A stretch of DNA of 64,000 nt, taken from contig NIVC01000723.1 in NCBI GenBank assembly GCA_002269645.1, forward strand, positions 1 through 64,000. The letters are read 5' to 3'. Positions within the stretch are counted from its first letter, which is position 1. Every line of letters starts with the position of its first letter. Source of the stretch: Macrostomum lignano (lineage: Eukaryota). The notes below the pieces were generated by a model, which searched no databases, was not told the DNA's origin, and was given only the letters and a program-made list of their open reading frames with translations. The translations under genes were made by a program, and so were the position numbers. This document shows, piece after piece, positions 37,011-63,688 of the stretch.

Positions 37011-38298
37011 CAGTCTCACCCCCCGAATAGCCCACAACCCACCAGTTCCCTGAACTCCCGAATCCGCCACTCTGGAATGCTTAATTTGGCCCCAACTAAC
37101 CCTCCCCAATGCCTTCCTTCCAGTCTCCCGCATTTTATCCTGCAAGTCGTTACAATTTGGTCTCACCACTCGGCACCCCCTAAATTCTCCCGTATCTCTC
37201 TCAGTGTATTCATATCCCAATGCTGGTGGCCAGTGAGGCACAATTTATCTTGCTGTCTAGAAATCAGACACACGGCTCTTGACTGCAGTGGCCAGCCTGC
37301 CCTATCTATAAAAATATCCGCTCTTATCGTGCCTTTTTTGGTTGCCTCCAAGGGCGGAAGGAACGGCCCAGCTGGGGCTTGGAGGCTGGAAACCGAGTCG
37401 GCCACATCCGTGATTGAGAGCTGGGCGGGGGGGAGCCTGGTGTGAGCAGGTCTCAGTCTGTGCGAGTGTCCCTTGCCCGTCACGCACACAGCAATTTCTG
37501 CAATTGAAAATCTGCCACCGCGGTCTGGACTCGAATTCGGCCATCTGCACTGACCCGGGCCTCGCCAATTTAGTAAAACTGTCACGTGATGTTTTAAATA
37601 GTTTTTAGACACTGAATTTTCTGTTCTCTTCAGTAAGTGGGTGGAAACTGTTGAATGACAGCTTAGGCCAGATTTCACTGCCAATTGAAGTGCTGAGGGA
37701 GATTGGCGTGGCTTAAAAAGGGCGAACTGATTTTTGAACTGTCCACTGCAACTGGCAAGCAATATTATGGCTCAGAGAGTGTACGAGTGTGTATATTTTA
37801 TGCTCATAGTCGCCTGGTGTACTATTCTGTTGAAGGTGCCGACGGTGTCAGGGTGATAACGGAATGTTTGAGAGACTAGCTGAGAATGTCCAGCGTTTGA
37901 GACTTGCCCACTGTCGGGGCTCTATCAGCGAAACTAGAGAAATTCGCATCAGGGTGTTCATAGTCACCTGGTGCCTCCTGTTGAAGGTCCAGAAGCTCCA
38001 CCGGGGTGGAAGCCGGTGACCAACCAAGGCAGAGCTGATGCAGACACATGTGGGGTCGACGTGCTGATGAAATTTGGGGGCTTGGCAAGACCGCACTGAG
38101 GCGCAGTGCTGATTGGCGCACAGGGGTGCACTGAATACACTGGCGCTTATGGGAAAAATCCGACCTTCTGGGAGAATCGTTGAATATCTCGACGGTCCCG
38201 AGGGCTGGCGACTTGATTCTTGCTTGAGAAGGTGCGTAGCAAAATTTGAGACCATGTTCTTGAATTTCGTGTTCCTGCGTTGCTCTGAAATCCCCCTG

Positions 38299-40467
38299 AC
38301 TACTTGACTTAGCTGCAGGGCGGTCCGAAGACGCAGCGGGGAGGCGAGCGTCGCCCATTCCGCTAATCCCTGAAAGACCCGCAAAGGCTAGGGCGCGGGG
38401 CCGGTCAGGGAGGTCTGCCGGTCCTGTCTGCAGCGTTGTCTTCGGTGGCTCGTTTAGTAGCCCGGAGGAACCGGATGAGCCGTGGGATGTTCTCGGGCCG
38501 GCAAACGTCGTCCAGGGACGGGTTGGGCCCGAGGTGGTTGAGCCGGTCTCGGTTGAAGGCCGGGCAGTAGCAGACGAAGTGCTTTGCATCTTCATTCTCG
38601 AGGCTGCAGAAGGGGCAGAGTTCGCTCCGGCGGGCACTTCGGAGGAAACAGTGCCTGGCAAAGCAACCGTGACCTGTGAAGGTAGTGAGAGCGCGGATAT
38701 CTTTTCGATTTTGATTCAAAAGGATTCTCCGCAGCTTGAGGGATGGATTGGACACTGCAGCACGGGACTGGCGGCAGTTGGAAATGCCACCCCATTTGCG
38801 TAATTGCAGGATGTCGACCCACGATTAATGACCGTGGCCGGGATGGGGGCCAGGGGCACGGGGCCAAGGAGCGAGCCAGAACTACCCGCCTTGGCGAGGG
38901 AGTCGGCTAGCTCGTTACCTTTGAACCCAGAGCGTGTCCTGGGATCCACGTAAGCCGGACGGTGTTCCTCCGAGCCAGCTTGTTGAGCTGCCCGATACAA
39001 TCGCGGACTGTTCGGGAGTTCGTAGTGGTGTGACACAGGGCCTGCAAAGCGGTTTGGCTGTCAGAGTGGAAGAAGATTCTTCTGTCCTTGAAGTCCCTAC
39101 AGTGGAGCTCAGCTGCACAGGAGCTGATGGCAAGGACTTCGTTCTGGAAGACGCTGGAGAGTCTGCCAGTGTGTTGGGCGTGAGTAGCGATCACGCGGCC
39201 TTTGATAAGGATACAGACTCCAAAGCCGGATAAACCGTCTTTGGAGGATCCGTCAGTGAAGCAGTGAACCTCCTGAGGGGCCCAGCTGTCGTTGGCGTTC
39301 TCCCTGAAGGGGATAGTGACCTTGAAGCGTTGGTAGAGATTGAGGGAACGCGGCTCAGCGTCCGAAAGGACAGCCGTACTCCCGCTCTCCTCCAGAACTT
39401 TAAAGCACAGGTCCGAGTGCGGCAGGAGCTTGCGCTTCGCCATCGCTCTTTGTGGCTTGAAGCTAACGCCAGCGTCGATTAGCCGGCGGGTGGTTTTAGC
39501 AGCCTCACGACGGACAAAGATGTCCAGAGGCGGGAGGCAGAGAAAGGCGTTGAGGCCGTCAAAGGGAGCAGAGAGCGGGGCATTCAGAATAATGCGGCAC
39601 GCGCGTCCCTGCACCTTTTTAAGGGCTTCGTAGCAGGTTTTAATCTGCAAAGCGCTGGTCCAGATCAGACCGGCGTACAGACCGGCGTAAGTAACGGCCG
39701 GCCGGACCATTGCGGTGTAGATCCACCAGAGCCGTTTCGGGGTGAGGCCCCAGGTGGTGTCGACGGCTCTGCGCAGCTGCGCAAGAATCGCGAGGGCTTT
39801 TTTGGTTTTGGCCTGGACGTGAGTGGACCATGCAGCTCAGCCGGTGGTCCAGCGTAACGCCGAGACACTTGGCTTGCTTGCAGGATGGGATTTCCACCCC
39901 GTAAAGCTTTAGTGGGCGAATACGCCAGTTTACCCTGCTGGTGAACATGATCGCGACAGTTTTGGTCTCAGAGAGCCTGAGGCCGCACCTGTCCGCCCAT
40001 TGTTCAGCAGAGCGAATAAAGTTTTGCAGAAGGTTTCGGTCGACGGTCCGGATGCTACGGCTGTAACATCATCGGCGTAACCGACCTTAAGGATGAGGTC
40101 AAGATGGCTGTCCTGAAGGAGCTCATCGATGACCATGTTCCAGAGAACTGGAGAAAGGACACCGCCCTGGGGGCTGCCTTTGCAGACGGTTACCGTCCGT
40201 TGGTGGCCCAGCAGGTGTGCGATGGCAGTGCGGTAGCTGATCATATACATGATCCACCGGGTGAGGTGCGGGTGGGTTCCTCCAGCACGTAGAGCTCTGT
40301 CAAAGGCCTCAAAGAGGACATTATCGAAGGCTCCAACAATGTCGAGGAAGACAGCGAGAGCGTAGCCATTGCCAAGAACGGCTTTCTCCAGCATGTCGAC
40401 CAAGACATGAAGCGCGCTCTCCGTGGACCGGCCTGCCCGAAAGGCATGCTGGTTCTCACTGAGCGGC
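38299..40467 (-). mobile_element. 5'-truncated, mutated non-LTR retrotransposon (I/R1/LOA-type, RT + RNase H + CCHC)
   Basis: RT motifs QHAFR, FLDIVGAFD, PQGGVLSP, YADD; RNase H FTDGS, NE, SDSQ, WIPGH, GNELAD; C-terminal CPFCX8HX4C. 3' tail TAAGTCAAGTAGT. 14-bp TSD CTGAAATCCCCCTG at 38285-38298 and 40468-40481. Several non-homopolymer indels, including a YAGL 12-bp duplication. Confidence 0.9.
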
Positions 40468-40921
40468 CTGAAATCCCCCTGGAAAGTTCTACTTAATTAT
40501 TAATAGTCAAAACCCAATGCACCAAAATGATCTCAAAAATATGATCTGATTAACCAAACTAAAAGCACTTAAATCTTCCTCTCTCAAAACAGACAAAATT
40601 TACGATTGAATTTTAATACCCAAGCCCGTATTAAACTGGTGCAGCGGCAGGAAGTCAGGTCAGCAGCTCGGGATGCTTGGCCGGATGGTGCGCGTTTGCC
40701 ATTGGAGAAATGATTTAATGCCGATGCCAAGTACATTCAACTGAGCACAAGCTAGGCGACCTTCAGGCAGGACCTGGAGAAAATAAATTCTTTGTTAAAC
40801 TGCTCTCATTTTAAAGCTGAATAAATCTGATGCATCTTAATTGAAATCAGGGGATTGGGGAGTTTTTTCATTTTTATAGGAATTATGCTCTGTTTTCTGC
40901 TTAAAGTATGTGGAGGTAGAT

Positions 40922-41690
40922 GCTCCTCTCCTCTCCTCTCCTCTCCTCTCCTCTCCTCTCCTCTCCTCTCCTCTCCTCTCCTCTCCTCTCCTCTCCTCTG
41001 ATCTCCTCTCCTCTGATCTCCTCTCCTCTCCTCTCCTCTCCTCTCCTCTCCTCTCCTCTGATCTCCTCTCCTCTGATCTCCTCTCCTCTCCTCTCCTCTC
41101 CTCTCCTCTCCTCTCCTCTCCTCTCCTCTCCTCTCCTCTCCTCTCCCCTCCTCTCCTCTCCTCTCCTCTCCTCTCCTCTCCTCTCCTCTCCTCTCCTCTC
41201 CTCTCCTCTCCTCTCCTCTCCTCTCCTCTCCTCTCCTCTCCTCTCCTCTCCTCTCATCTCCTCTTCTCTCCTCTCCTCTCCTCTCCTCTCCTCTCCTCTC
41301 CTCTGATCTCCTCTCCTCTGATCTCCTCTCCTCTCCTCTCCTCTCCTCTCCTCTCCTCTCCTCTCCTCTCCTCTCCTCTCCTCTCCTCTCCTCTCCTCTC
41401 CTCTCCTCTCCTCTCCTCTCCTCTCCTCTCCTCTCCTCTCCTCTCCTCTCCTCTCCTCTCCTCTCCTCTCCTCTCCTCTCCTCTCCTCTCCTCTCCTCTC
41501 CTCTCCTCTCCTCTCCTCTCCTCTCCTCTCCTCTCCTCTCTCCTCTCCTCTCCTCTCCTCTCCTCTCCTCTCCTCTCCTCTCCTCTCTTCTCCTCTCCTC
41601 TCCTCTCCTCTCCTCTCCTCTCCTCTCCTCTCCTCTCCCTTCTCTTCTCTCCTCTCCTCTCCTCTGATCTCCTCTCCTCTCCTCACCTCT
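40922..41690. repeat. (CTCTC)n pentamer microsatellite
   Basis: Direct reading. Confidence 0.95.
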
Positions 41691-42297
41691 CCGCACCTCG
41701 CATCTCCTCTCTTACTTTCCATCTGCTCTGTGTAAACTGTGGCACCTCAGGCTGCAACTCCAGGTCACATTCTCCCCGCCAAGATGAGTAATTGAAGAGG
41801 CGACGTTCGGTGTTCTCATCAAATAAGTTGCACGGAGAGAAGAGAGGTGATTCTAAGAAAGATTTATCAGTTTCGGAAGCGATGGAGACTGGGAAAATTG
41901 TGGAGGGAAGCTGAGTTGCCGGCTCTACCAGATGAGCTCTTCATCATTTGGGCCGCTATTTTTAGATTGCCAACCAGGCACAGTTGAACACTGGTGCATT
42001 TTTAACTTTTCAAGTCATTGCAGTTCACGCGGCAATTTCATTTCAGATCGTAAACAAATATAAAGTACCCCGTGTTCTGCCATACCAGCGTAGTATTTTT
42101 TGCCTTTTTCAGTTTTCCACGAGTAGGTAATTTTGACGTGTGTGTTTAAATCTATTCAGGGACCTCTAGCTATATATAGTTAGACTGGAAACGTACAACA
42201 ACCATCCCGAACCTACCAGGGACCTCTGAATATACCTGGAATAGAAGTGGTCGAGTACTTACAGATATTCGAACTGGAGACAGATCTGCACCCATTC

Positions 42298-42970
42298 AAG
42301 ATCAGCCAGGGACCTCTAAGTACTGGTGGGCCGGAAGCAGGGACCTGAAACCCACCCCAAAATCAGCTAGGGACCTCTAAATACATGTGGACTGGAAGCA
42401 GGGACCTGAAATCCACCCCAAAATCAGCCAGGGACCTCTAAATACACGTGGACTGGAAGCAGGGACCTGAAACCCGCCCAAAAATCAGCCAGGGACCTTT
42501 AAATACATGTGGACTGGAAGCAGGGACCTGAAATCCACCCCAAAACCAGCCAGGGACTTCTAAATACATGTGGACTGGAAGCAGGGACCTGAAACCCGCC
42601 CAAAAATCAGCTAGGGACCTCTAAATACATGTGGACTGGAAGCAGGGACCTGAAATCCACCCCAAAATCAGCCAGGGACCTCTAAATACACGTGGACTGG
42701 AAGGAGGGACCTGAAACCCGCCCAAAAATCAGCTAGGGACCTCTAAATACATGTGGACTGGAAGCAGGGACCTGAAATCCACCCCAAAATCAGCCAGGGA
42801 CCTCTAAATACACGTGGACTGGAAGGAGGGACCTGAAACCCACCCAAAAATCAGCCAGGGACCTCTAAATACATGTGGACTGGAAGGAGGGACCTGAAAC
42901 CCGCCCAAAAATCAGCCAGGGACCTCTAAATACACGTGGACTGGAAGCAGGGACCTGAAACCCACCCCGA
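42298..42970. repeat. ~59-bp minisatellite, ~11 copies
   Basis: AAATCAGCCAGGGACCTCTAAATACATGTGGACTGGAAGCAGGGACCTGAAACCC units. Confidence 0.9.
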
Positions 42971-43524
42971 AAATATCCAGCCTCCAGATTTTGTCAAGGG
43001 CTGGGCGCAATACTGTATTTTTTCTAACAAAATTATGTGGGGCATAAGTTTTCGGATTGGAAAGCGGCGAGACCGCAGGGCGGTCACAGCCATTTCTTTG
43101 GGACAATCAAATCCCCCCCTCGCAGCTATGAGATTGAATTTTCGGCTGAGATGCCCGCAGTCTATTCGGGAGATCGGGGAGAAAATCAGATTTGCGCCGG
43201 GACCGCAAAGGCTTGGCTGCGAGGCGAAAAACTGAATCTTGACAAATCCCCCTCTGCTCAGCCTGATCCAAGGCCCGATCCTAATCATTCTTGACTCCAT
43301 GCGAGGAAGGGAGGCTTCCCAGCCGCGGGATTTTCCCACTAGGCATATGAGAGACCCACGTTTTTAGTGATTGACATTATTATTATTAGTATAGACCAGA
43401 TGAAGTGCAGGAAGGCTATATAGAAATTTACCATTCGTTTAATATTTCCTCTCAATTCTAGCTTTAATGGATTGCTGGACTAATTAGAAGAGAACTATGA
43501 GCCGTTTGAGCTATTTAGGTGTGT

Positions 43525-44100
43525 TAAAGGACAGGCATGGATGATCATTCCTGACTAACTCCAGCCAATCACAAGCCGGGAAGGGGCAGGCAGAATTGGG
43601 TGGGTTGAGGGACAGGCATGGATGATCATTCCTGACTAACTCCAGCCAATCACAAGCCGGAGCCGGGAAGTGGCAGGCAGAATTGGTTGGGTTGAGGGAC
43701 AGGCATGGATGATCATTCCTGACTAACTCCAGCCAATCGCAAGCCGGGAAGGGGCAGGCAGAATTGGTTGGGTTGAGGACAGGCATGGATGATCATTCCT
43801 GACTAACTCCAGCCAATCACAAGCCGGGAAGGGGCAGGCAGAATTGGGTGGGTTGAGGGACAGGCATGGATGATCAATCCTGACTAATTCCAGCCAATCA
43901 GAAGCCGGAGCCGGGAAGTGGCAGGCAGAATTGGTTGGGTTGAGGGACAGGCATGGATGATCATTCCTGACTAACTCCAGCCAATCACAAGCCGGGAAGG
44001 GGCAGGCAGAATTGGTTGGGTTGAGGGACAGGCATGGATGATCATTCCTGGCTAACTCCAGCCAATCACAAGCCGGGAAGGGGCAGGCAGAATTGGGTGG
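43525..44100. repeat. 80-88 bp minisatellite, 7 copies, each with AGCCAATC
   Basis: GGACAGGCATGGATGATCATTCCTGACTAACTCCAGCCAATCACAAGCCGG... Confidence 0.9.
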
Positions 44101-44269
44101 GTGATAGCAACTTTCTGGTGAGGTTAGAAAGCTTCTATAAATAAATTTAGACCACATCTATGGGAAAAAGCTTAAAGCGAAAAACTTTGCTTTCCTTCTT
44201 AGCATAATTAACAATCTCAGTTTTTTAAAGCTTTTTCAAATACCGAGAAAGTGACAAGAAAGCACCGAA

Positions 44270-44890
44270 ATGCATGCCTTGAAGTCTGTTTTGCTCTGCT
44301 CTGGCAGTATCGTTCGGTCTATCCAGGGAACCTCGTACCTATCCATACTGATCATTCTGGTCTTGGCTGCCTACATTCTCCGACCCGCATTGCTGTACAT
44401 CAACCGGCTGCTGCACACCACCGGCAGCAGTGGTCGGCATGCCACCCAGAGACTGCTAACATCGGTAATTGCCATGGTGATCAAGATATCCAGGGCCAAC
44501 TATCGAACCTCCCGAGTCATACGCGAGGCGAGCAAGCGGACAGAGAATTTCCTGCACGCTCTGCTGGTGCTGCCGCTCATCTGCTTGCAGATATTCGACC
44601 TGTCATTCATATTGTTCGACTTCTTTCGGGCAGTCATCATGGTGTTTGCCAACTTCATGGGCGTGGTGTTCTCCTACGCAATCTTCATATTCAACACCTA
44701 CAAGATCGTGGTGATGTGCACAGCCAGCATCATGCTGTCAGTGTACTACACATCGTACTACTCAATCCTGCTCATCCGTAGCGGTCTGGCATTCCTGGAC
44801 ACGTTCCGAACCCTGATGCAGCACAACGCTCTCAGGCTGCTCCTCATCCGGTATAAGGAGCAGAAAATGCGAGTGGCCAATGTTCTGTGA
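44270..44890 (+). CDS. intronless orphan multipass membrane protein (206 aa)
   Basis: Non-repetitive ATG-to-TGA ORF with strongly C/G-ending codons like the other host exons and several long hydrophobic segments. No family recognised. Confidence 0.6.
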   Translation: MHALKSVLLCSGSIVRSIQGTSYLSILIILVLAAYILRPALLYINRLLHTTGSSGRHATQRLLTSVIAMVIKISRANYRTSRVIREASKRTENFLHALLVLPLICLQIFDLSFILFDFFRAVIMVFANFMGVVFSYAIFIFNTYKIVVMCTASIMLSVYYTSYYSILLIRSGLAFLDTFRTLMQHNALRLLLIRYKEQKMRVANVL

Positions 44891-45064
44891 TTTTTTATTG
44901 ATTTATAGAAATTGCTTTTTCTGCCCTGTGTTGCTTTTGTTTGATCAATTGCTAATCTGTAGCACAAAATGCATCAACTTTGATTTGCAACAAGTTGCTG
45001 GCCGTTGTCATTTTTAAGGCTGTCTTGCATCGGAGGATAGCTAACAGAATATTAGCAACTAAGG

Positions 45065-45695
45065 ATTATCTACCAGAGGGTATCTACCAGAGGGTATCTA
45101 CCAGAGGGTACCTACCAGAGGGTATCTACCAGAGGGTATCTACCAGATGATATCTACCAGAGGGTATCTGCAAGAGGGTATCATACAGAGGGTATCTACC
45201 AGAGGGTATCTACCAGAGGGTATCTAATAGAGGGTATCTGCAAGAGGGTATCTTACAGAGGGTATCTACCAGAGGGTATCTACCAGAGGGTATCTACCAG
45301 AGGGTATCTACCAGAGGGTATCTACCAGAGGGTATCTACCAGAGGGTATCTACCAGAGGGTATCTTACAGAGGGTATCTACCAAAAATTATCTAGCAGAG
45401 GGTATCTTACAGAGGGTATCTACCAAAAGGTATCTACCAGAGGGTATCTTACAGAGGGTATCTACCAAAAAGTATCTACCAGAGGGTATCTTACAGAGGG
45501 TATCTACCAAAAGGTATCTACCAGAGGGTATCTACCAGAGGGTATCTACCAGAGGGTATCTACCAGAGGGTATCTACCAGAGGGTATCTACCAGAGGGTA
45601 CCTACCAGAGGGTACCTACCAGAGGGTACCTACCAGAGGATATCTACCAGAGGGTATCTACCAGAGGGTATCTACCAGAGGGTATCTACCAGAGG
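45065..45695. repeat. 13-bp minisatellite (AGAGGGTATCTACC-like)n
   Basis: Direct reading. Confidence 0.9.
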
Positions 45696-46264
45696 GCGCG
45701 TTTATTCCAACAACTCTGTGCAGAGACTTTGCACAGCAGACTTAACTGCAGATCCATCTGTGATTATTTTGCAGCTGTTTTAAGCGACTTAAACTTCAGA
45801 CAGAGAGCCGAACAGCTGTTATAAGTTGAAGCCGAATTCGCAGGCCAACCCGGTGTTTGGCTGTAATTAAAAAACACTTTTCGCAGATTGCGGAATCCAA
45901 AAAGCCTGCGTGGAAGTTTTTTTCAATTTTCTGAAGTAGAAAGAGGGGTTTCTCTCTCTCACCAATTTTTTTTACTTGGTGGACCATTTTAAACTTTGTG
46001 ACGCCGAGCGGCTGCCAGCGACCTCTTGGTTGCAGCACTCTTGGTAACCCCTTGTGCGGCAGTCATTGAGTGCTTGAAGGCAAAAGGCAAGCCAAGTAGA
46101 ATCCAAGTAGAGCCCCGCTTAGGTCAGCGGGCGTGTCGCAATCAGAGAGAACGCTTATTGGACAGACAGACAGACAGTTGCTGCACAAATTATTAATAAA
46201 ATAGATTGGCAGACGCCAGGACAGACAGAGACTAATTAGACAACACTGTGACAGATATTAGGTC

Positions 46265-46925
46265 AGACAAACATTAAGGCAGACACTTAGATAGATAGAC
46301 ACTGAGGCAGAGAGACACTAAGATAGACACTGAGACAGAGGGACACTAAGACAAACACTAAGAGACACAGAGGCAGAGAGACACTAAAGCAGACAATAGA
46401 ACAGACAGACACTAAGATAGACACTGAGGCAGAGAGACACTAAGATAGACACTGAGACAGAGGGACACTAAGACAGACACTAAGATAGACACTGAGGCAG
46501 AGGGACACTAAGACAGACACTAAGATAGACACTGAGACAGAGGGACACTAAAGCAGACACTAAGATAGACACTGAGACAGAGAGACACTAAAGCAGACAC
46601 TAAGATAGACACTGAGACAGAGAGACACTAAAGCAGACACTAAGATAGACACTAAGACAGAGAGACACTAAAGCAGACACTAAGATAGACACTGAGACAG
46701 AGAGACACTAAAGCAGACACTAAGATAGACACTGAGACAGAGAGACACTAAAGCAGACACTAAGATAGACACTGAGACAGAGAGACACTAAGACAGACAC
46801 TAAGATAGACACTGAGACAGAGAGACACTAAAGCAGACACTAGAACAGACAGACACTATGACTACACGAAGGCAGAAAAGACAGACAGACACTAGAATAG
46901 AAAGACAGACACAAGTACAGACAGA
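46265..46925. repeat. GACACTAAGATAGACACTGAGACAGAGA-type minisatellite
   Basis: Direct reading. Confidence 0.9.
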
Positions 46926-47783
46926 CAAGCTGTCATGTCTAATTCGGCAGTTTTCCAGCGCCAGTCTACTATCAGTAGCAATCGATGCTTTCTAGCTCTT
47001 TTATCTGATTAAAATTGCAAAGGCTTTTCAGTATCTTAGCAAAGCCTCATTTTAATTTCATGAATAATTGCACATGGCTGCATGGAATTCACCTCGCCTA
47101 GCAGAAAATCTGGCACGCCAGGCAGGCCAGAGCTGACGAGGTCATTGTCCATTGAAAATCCAATTAAATTGCAGAGAAAGAGCCTGCCAGACCCCAGAGA
47201 GCTGTTCTATCATAGCACCTGGAAGCCGTGTGATTGATTGCCAGGTTCTCTTTGACAACTAATTTTCATTAAGTCAAACAAACGGGTAAACAGCTCTCTG
47301 TGGTAGAGTCAGCGCCACATCCGCATGTCAACAGCCCCGGACTTGCAGGAGTTGAGCACCTATTCAATCTTATAGCCATCTGAAGGTGTCAAAGCTCGCT
47401 CACACCAGCCGCTTCCTGAGCTCTGCTCATTGATCATTTCTGCCTGCTGATGTCCGCCAGTCCAAGAAGGTCTTCATCTAAAATAGTTGATGATGAAGTT
47501 AGCTCCCAGTCCAGTTTACTCTGTTTGGTAGTCCTTGACCTGTCAGCATAACTTGTCCTGCAGGTAATATTAATACAATAAATTCATTCAATCGTGTTTT
47601 TGCCTATAGCCGATTGTCCGTCTGTCTGTCCGTCCGTCAGGGATAAATGGGCCAGAAAGAACAGACAGACAGGACCTGATCTGTCAGACTGGCCAATGTC
47701 CCCAGATCTGCGTTGATCATTGTAGTCTGATTATGGCACAATAAGCTGGTATTACTAACGGAAGGTCCAGCGACTGCCACATG

Positions 47784-47814
<31 letters not shown>

Positions 47815-48892
47815 CCTCCTAATCTTTAATCTGCAGACTGAATGGCACTGACAGAAAACAGTTTTCCCACTGAAGGGAAGCCGATGCCTGAGAAAAAGTG
47901 CAAAATTTACGAAAAGACGCCCCGTTGCTGTCTAAGTATAAGAAGAACCTCTCTGCAGTGCTTCGCGCATGTTGAGGTTGGGGGGAACCTCATGGCCTGG
48001 CCAGTACAAGCATGCCATGACCTCAGGCTCCCATTCAGAACTCCTGCTTTGCTTTGCCCACCAGATTTGTCAGCTGTGTGAGCTGCTCCATCCCCAATGC
48101 CCCCGGGGGCGGGACAATGGTCGATTGTGAATATTTTTGGGATTTTTTTGGGGAGCTGACATGCGGGGGGGGGGGCGCGCTGCTCCCAGGGACCTCCCTA
48201 GACTGAGAAGAGATTTGAGACAGCGGCATGGGTTGCGGTGCGTCACCCGTTTTTGCGGCTGCGACTGCCATAGGAGACTACAGGGAGGGGGGAGGGGACA
48301 GGCAGACAGCCGGCAGAGACAGAGAAAAAATGGGAAAGGGGAAATGAAAAATGGGCGATAGAGAAAGAGAGAGAGAGAGAGAGAGAGTCAGTTCCAGTCC
48401 TGTCTGGCCCGGAGTCGCGTACAGGCCCAGGTAATAACACAATGCAATCCTATTTCCAATGTGAGAAACATGCTGAGGGCTTAGAGTAAAGGGAAGGGGA
48501 GAGAATTTCGCTAATCCCCTTCTGTCCTAGGCAGATCTATCATTGGCCAGGTCCTCACTTACCCCTGTCAGCTCTACAGATCCCCCCGCGCGTCTGTCTC
48601 GCCTTCCTACCCGCCTCTCGCTGTTTTCTCCCCGCTGTCTCTCTCCTCCCCTCACCTCAATGTTTAATGGCCTCAGCCAATGTTTGCCTCGACCACAGAA
48701 AGCCTTTCTCCACCCTCAATACTCTCTTCAAGAGAGCAGTTCAGCTGACTCCAAAGCCTCAGCTCATTATAACTGTATTAATAGAAATCAGGCAGTGAAA
48801 AAAACTTGTGCAACAGACTAAAAGCATCGGACCAGACTTTCTCTTCTCTCTGCCCTCGAATGAAACAGAAAGAACTCAAGTTTGACAGGTCG

Positions 48893-62600
<13,708 letters not shown>

Positions 62601-62721
62601 GCCAGTTGCCTGGTACAATATTTATGACTATACATTGTATATGATCGATGCCACCAACGGTGACTTCTGGAATGTGGAGATGCCTACGTTTTCTCACAAA
62701 TCTACAGTCTGAATGCTCCCT

Positions 62722-63688
62722 TAACTCACTCTGAATACCCCTTATCTCACTCTGAATACCTCTTATCTCACTCTGAATACCCCATTATCTCACTCTGAAT
62801 ATCCCTTATCTCACTCTGAATATCCCTTATCTCACTCTGAATATCCCTTATCTCACTCTGAATATCCCTTATCTCACTCTGAATACTCCCTTATCTCACT
62901 CTGAATACTCCCTTATCTCACTCTGAATACCCCTTATCTCACTCTGAATACTCCCTTATCTCACTCTGAATATCCCTTATCTCACTCTGAATATCCCTTA
63001 TCTCACTCTGAATACTCCCTTATCTCACTCTGAATACCCCTTATCTCACTCTGAATACCCCTTATCTCACTCTGAATACTCCCTTATCTCACTCTGAATA
63101 TCCCTTATCTCACTCTGAATATCCCTTATCTCACTCTGAATACCCCTTATCTCACTCTGAATACCCCTTATCTCACTCTGAATACCCCTTATCTCACTCT
63201 GAATACTCCCTTATCTCACTCTGAATACTCCCTTATCTCACTCTGAATACTCCCTTATCTCACTCTGAATACTCCCTTATCTCACTCTGAATACCCCTTA
63301 TCTCACTCTGAATACCCCTTATCTCACTCTGAATACCCCTTATCTCACTCTGAATACCCCTTATCTCACTCTGAATACTCCCTTATCTCACTCTGAATAC
63401 TCCCTTATCTCACTCTGAATACTCCCTTATCTCACTCTGAATACCCCTTATCTCACTCTGAATATCCCTTATCTCCCTCTGAATATCCCTTATCTCACTC
63501 TGAATACTCCCTTATCTCACTCTGAATACTCCCTTATCTCACTCTGAATACCCCTTATCTCACTCTGAATATCCCTTATCTCCCTCTGAATATCCCTTAT
63601 CTCACTCTGAATACTCCCTTATCTCACTCTGAATATCCCTTATCTCCCTCTGAATATCCCTTATCTCACTCTGAATATCCCTTATCTC
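62722..63688. repeat. 22-23 bp satellite (CCTTATCTCACTCTGAATAYYC)n
   Basis: Direct reading. Confidence 0.95.

Noticed and set aside
36264-37762. 393-aa His/Thr-rich ORF and a 199-aa minus-strand ORF
   Set aside because: The first is a hexamer microsatellite; the second has no recognisable motif or splice support.
40806-41791. Long EERRG/LLSSP ORFs
   Set aside because: (CTCTC)n microsatellite artefacts.
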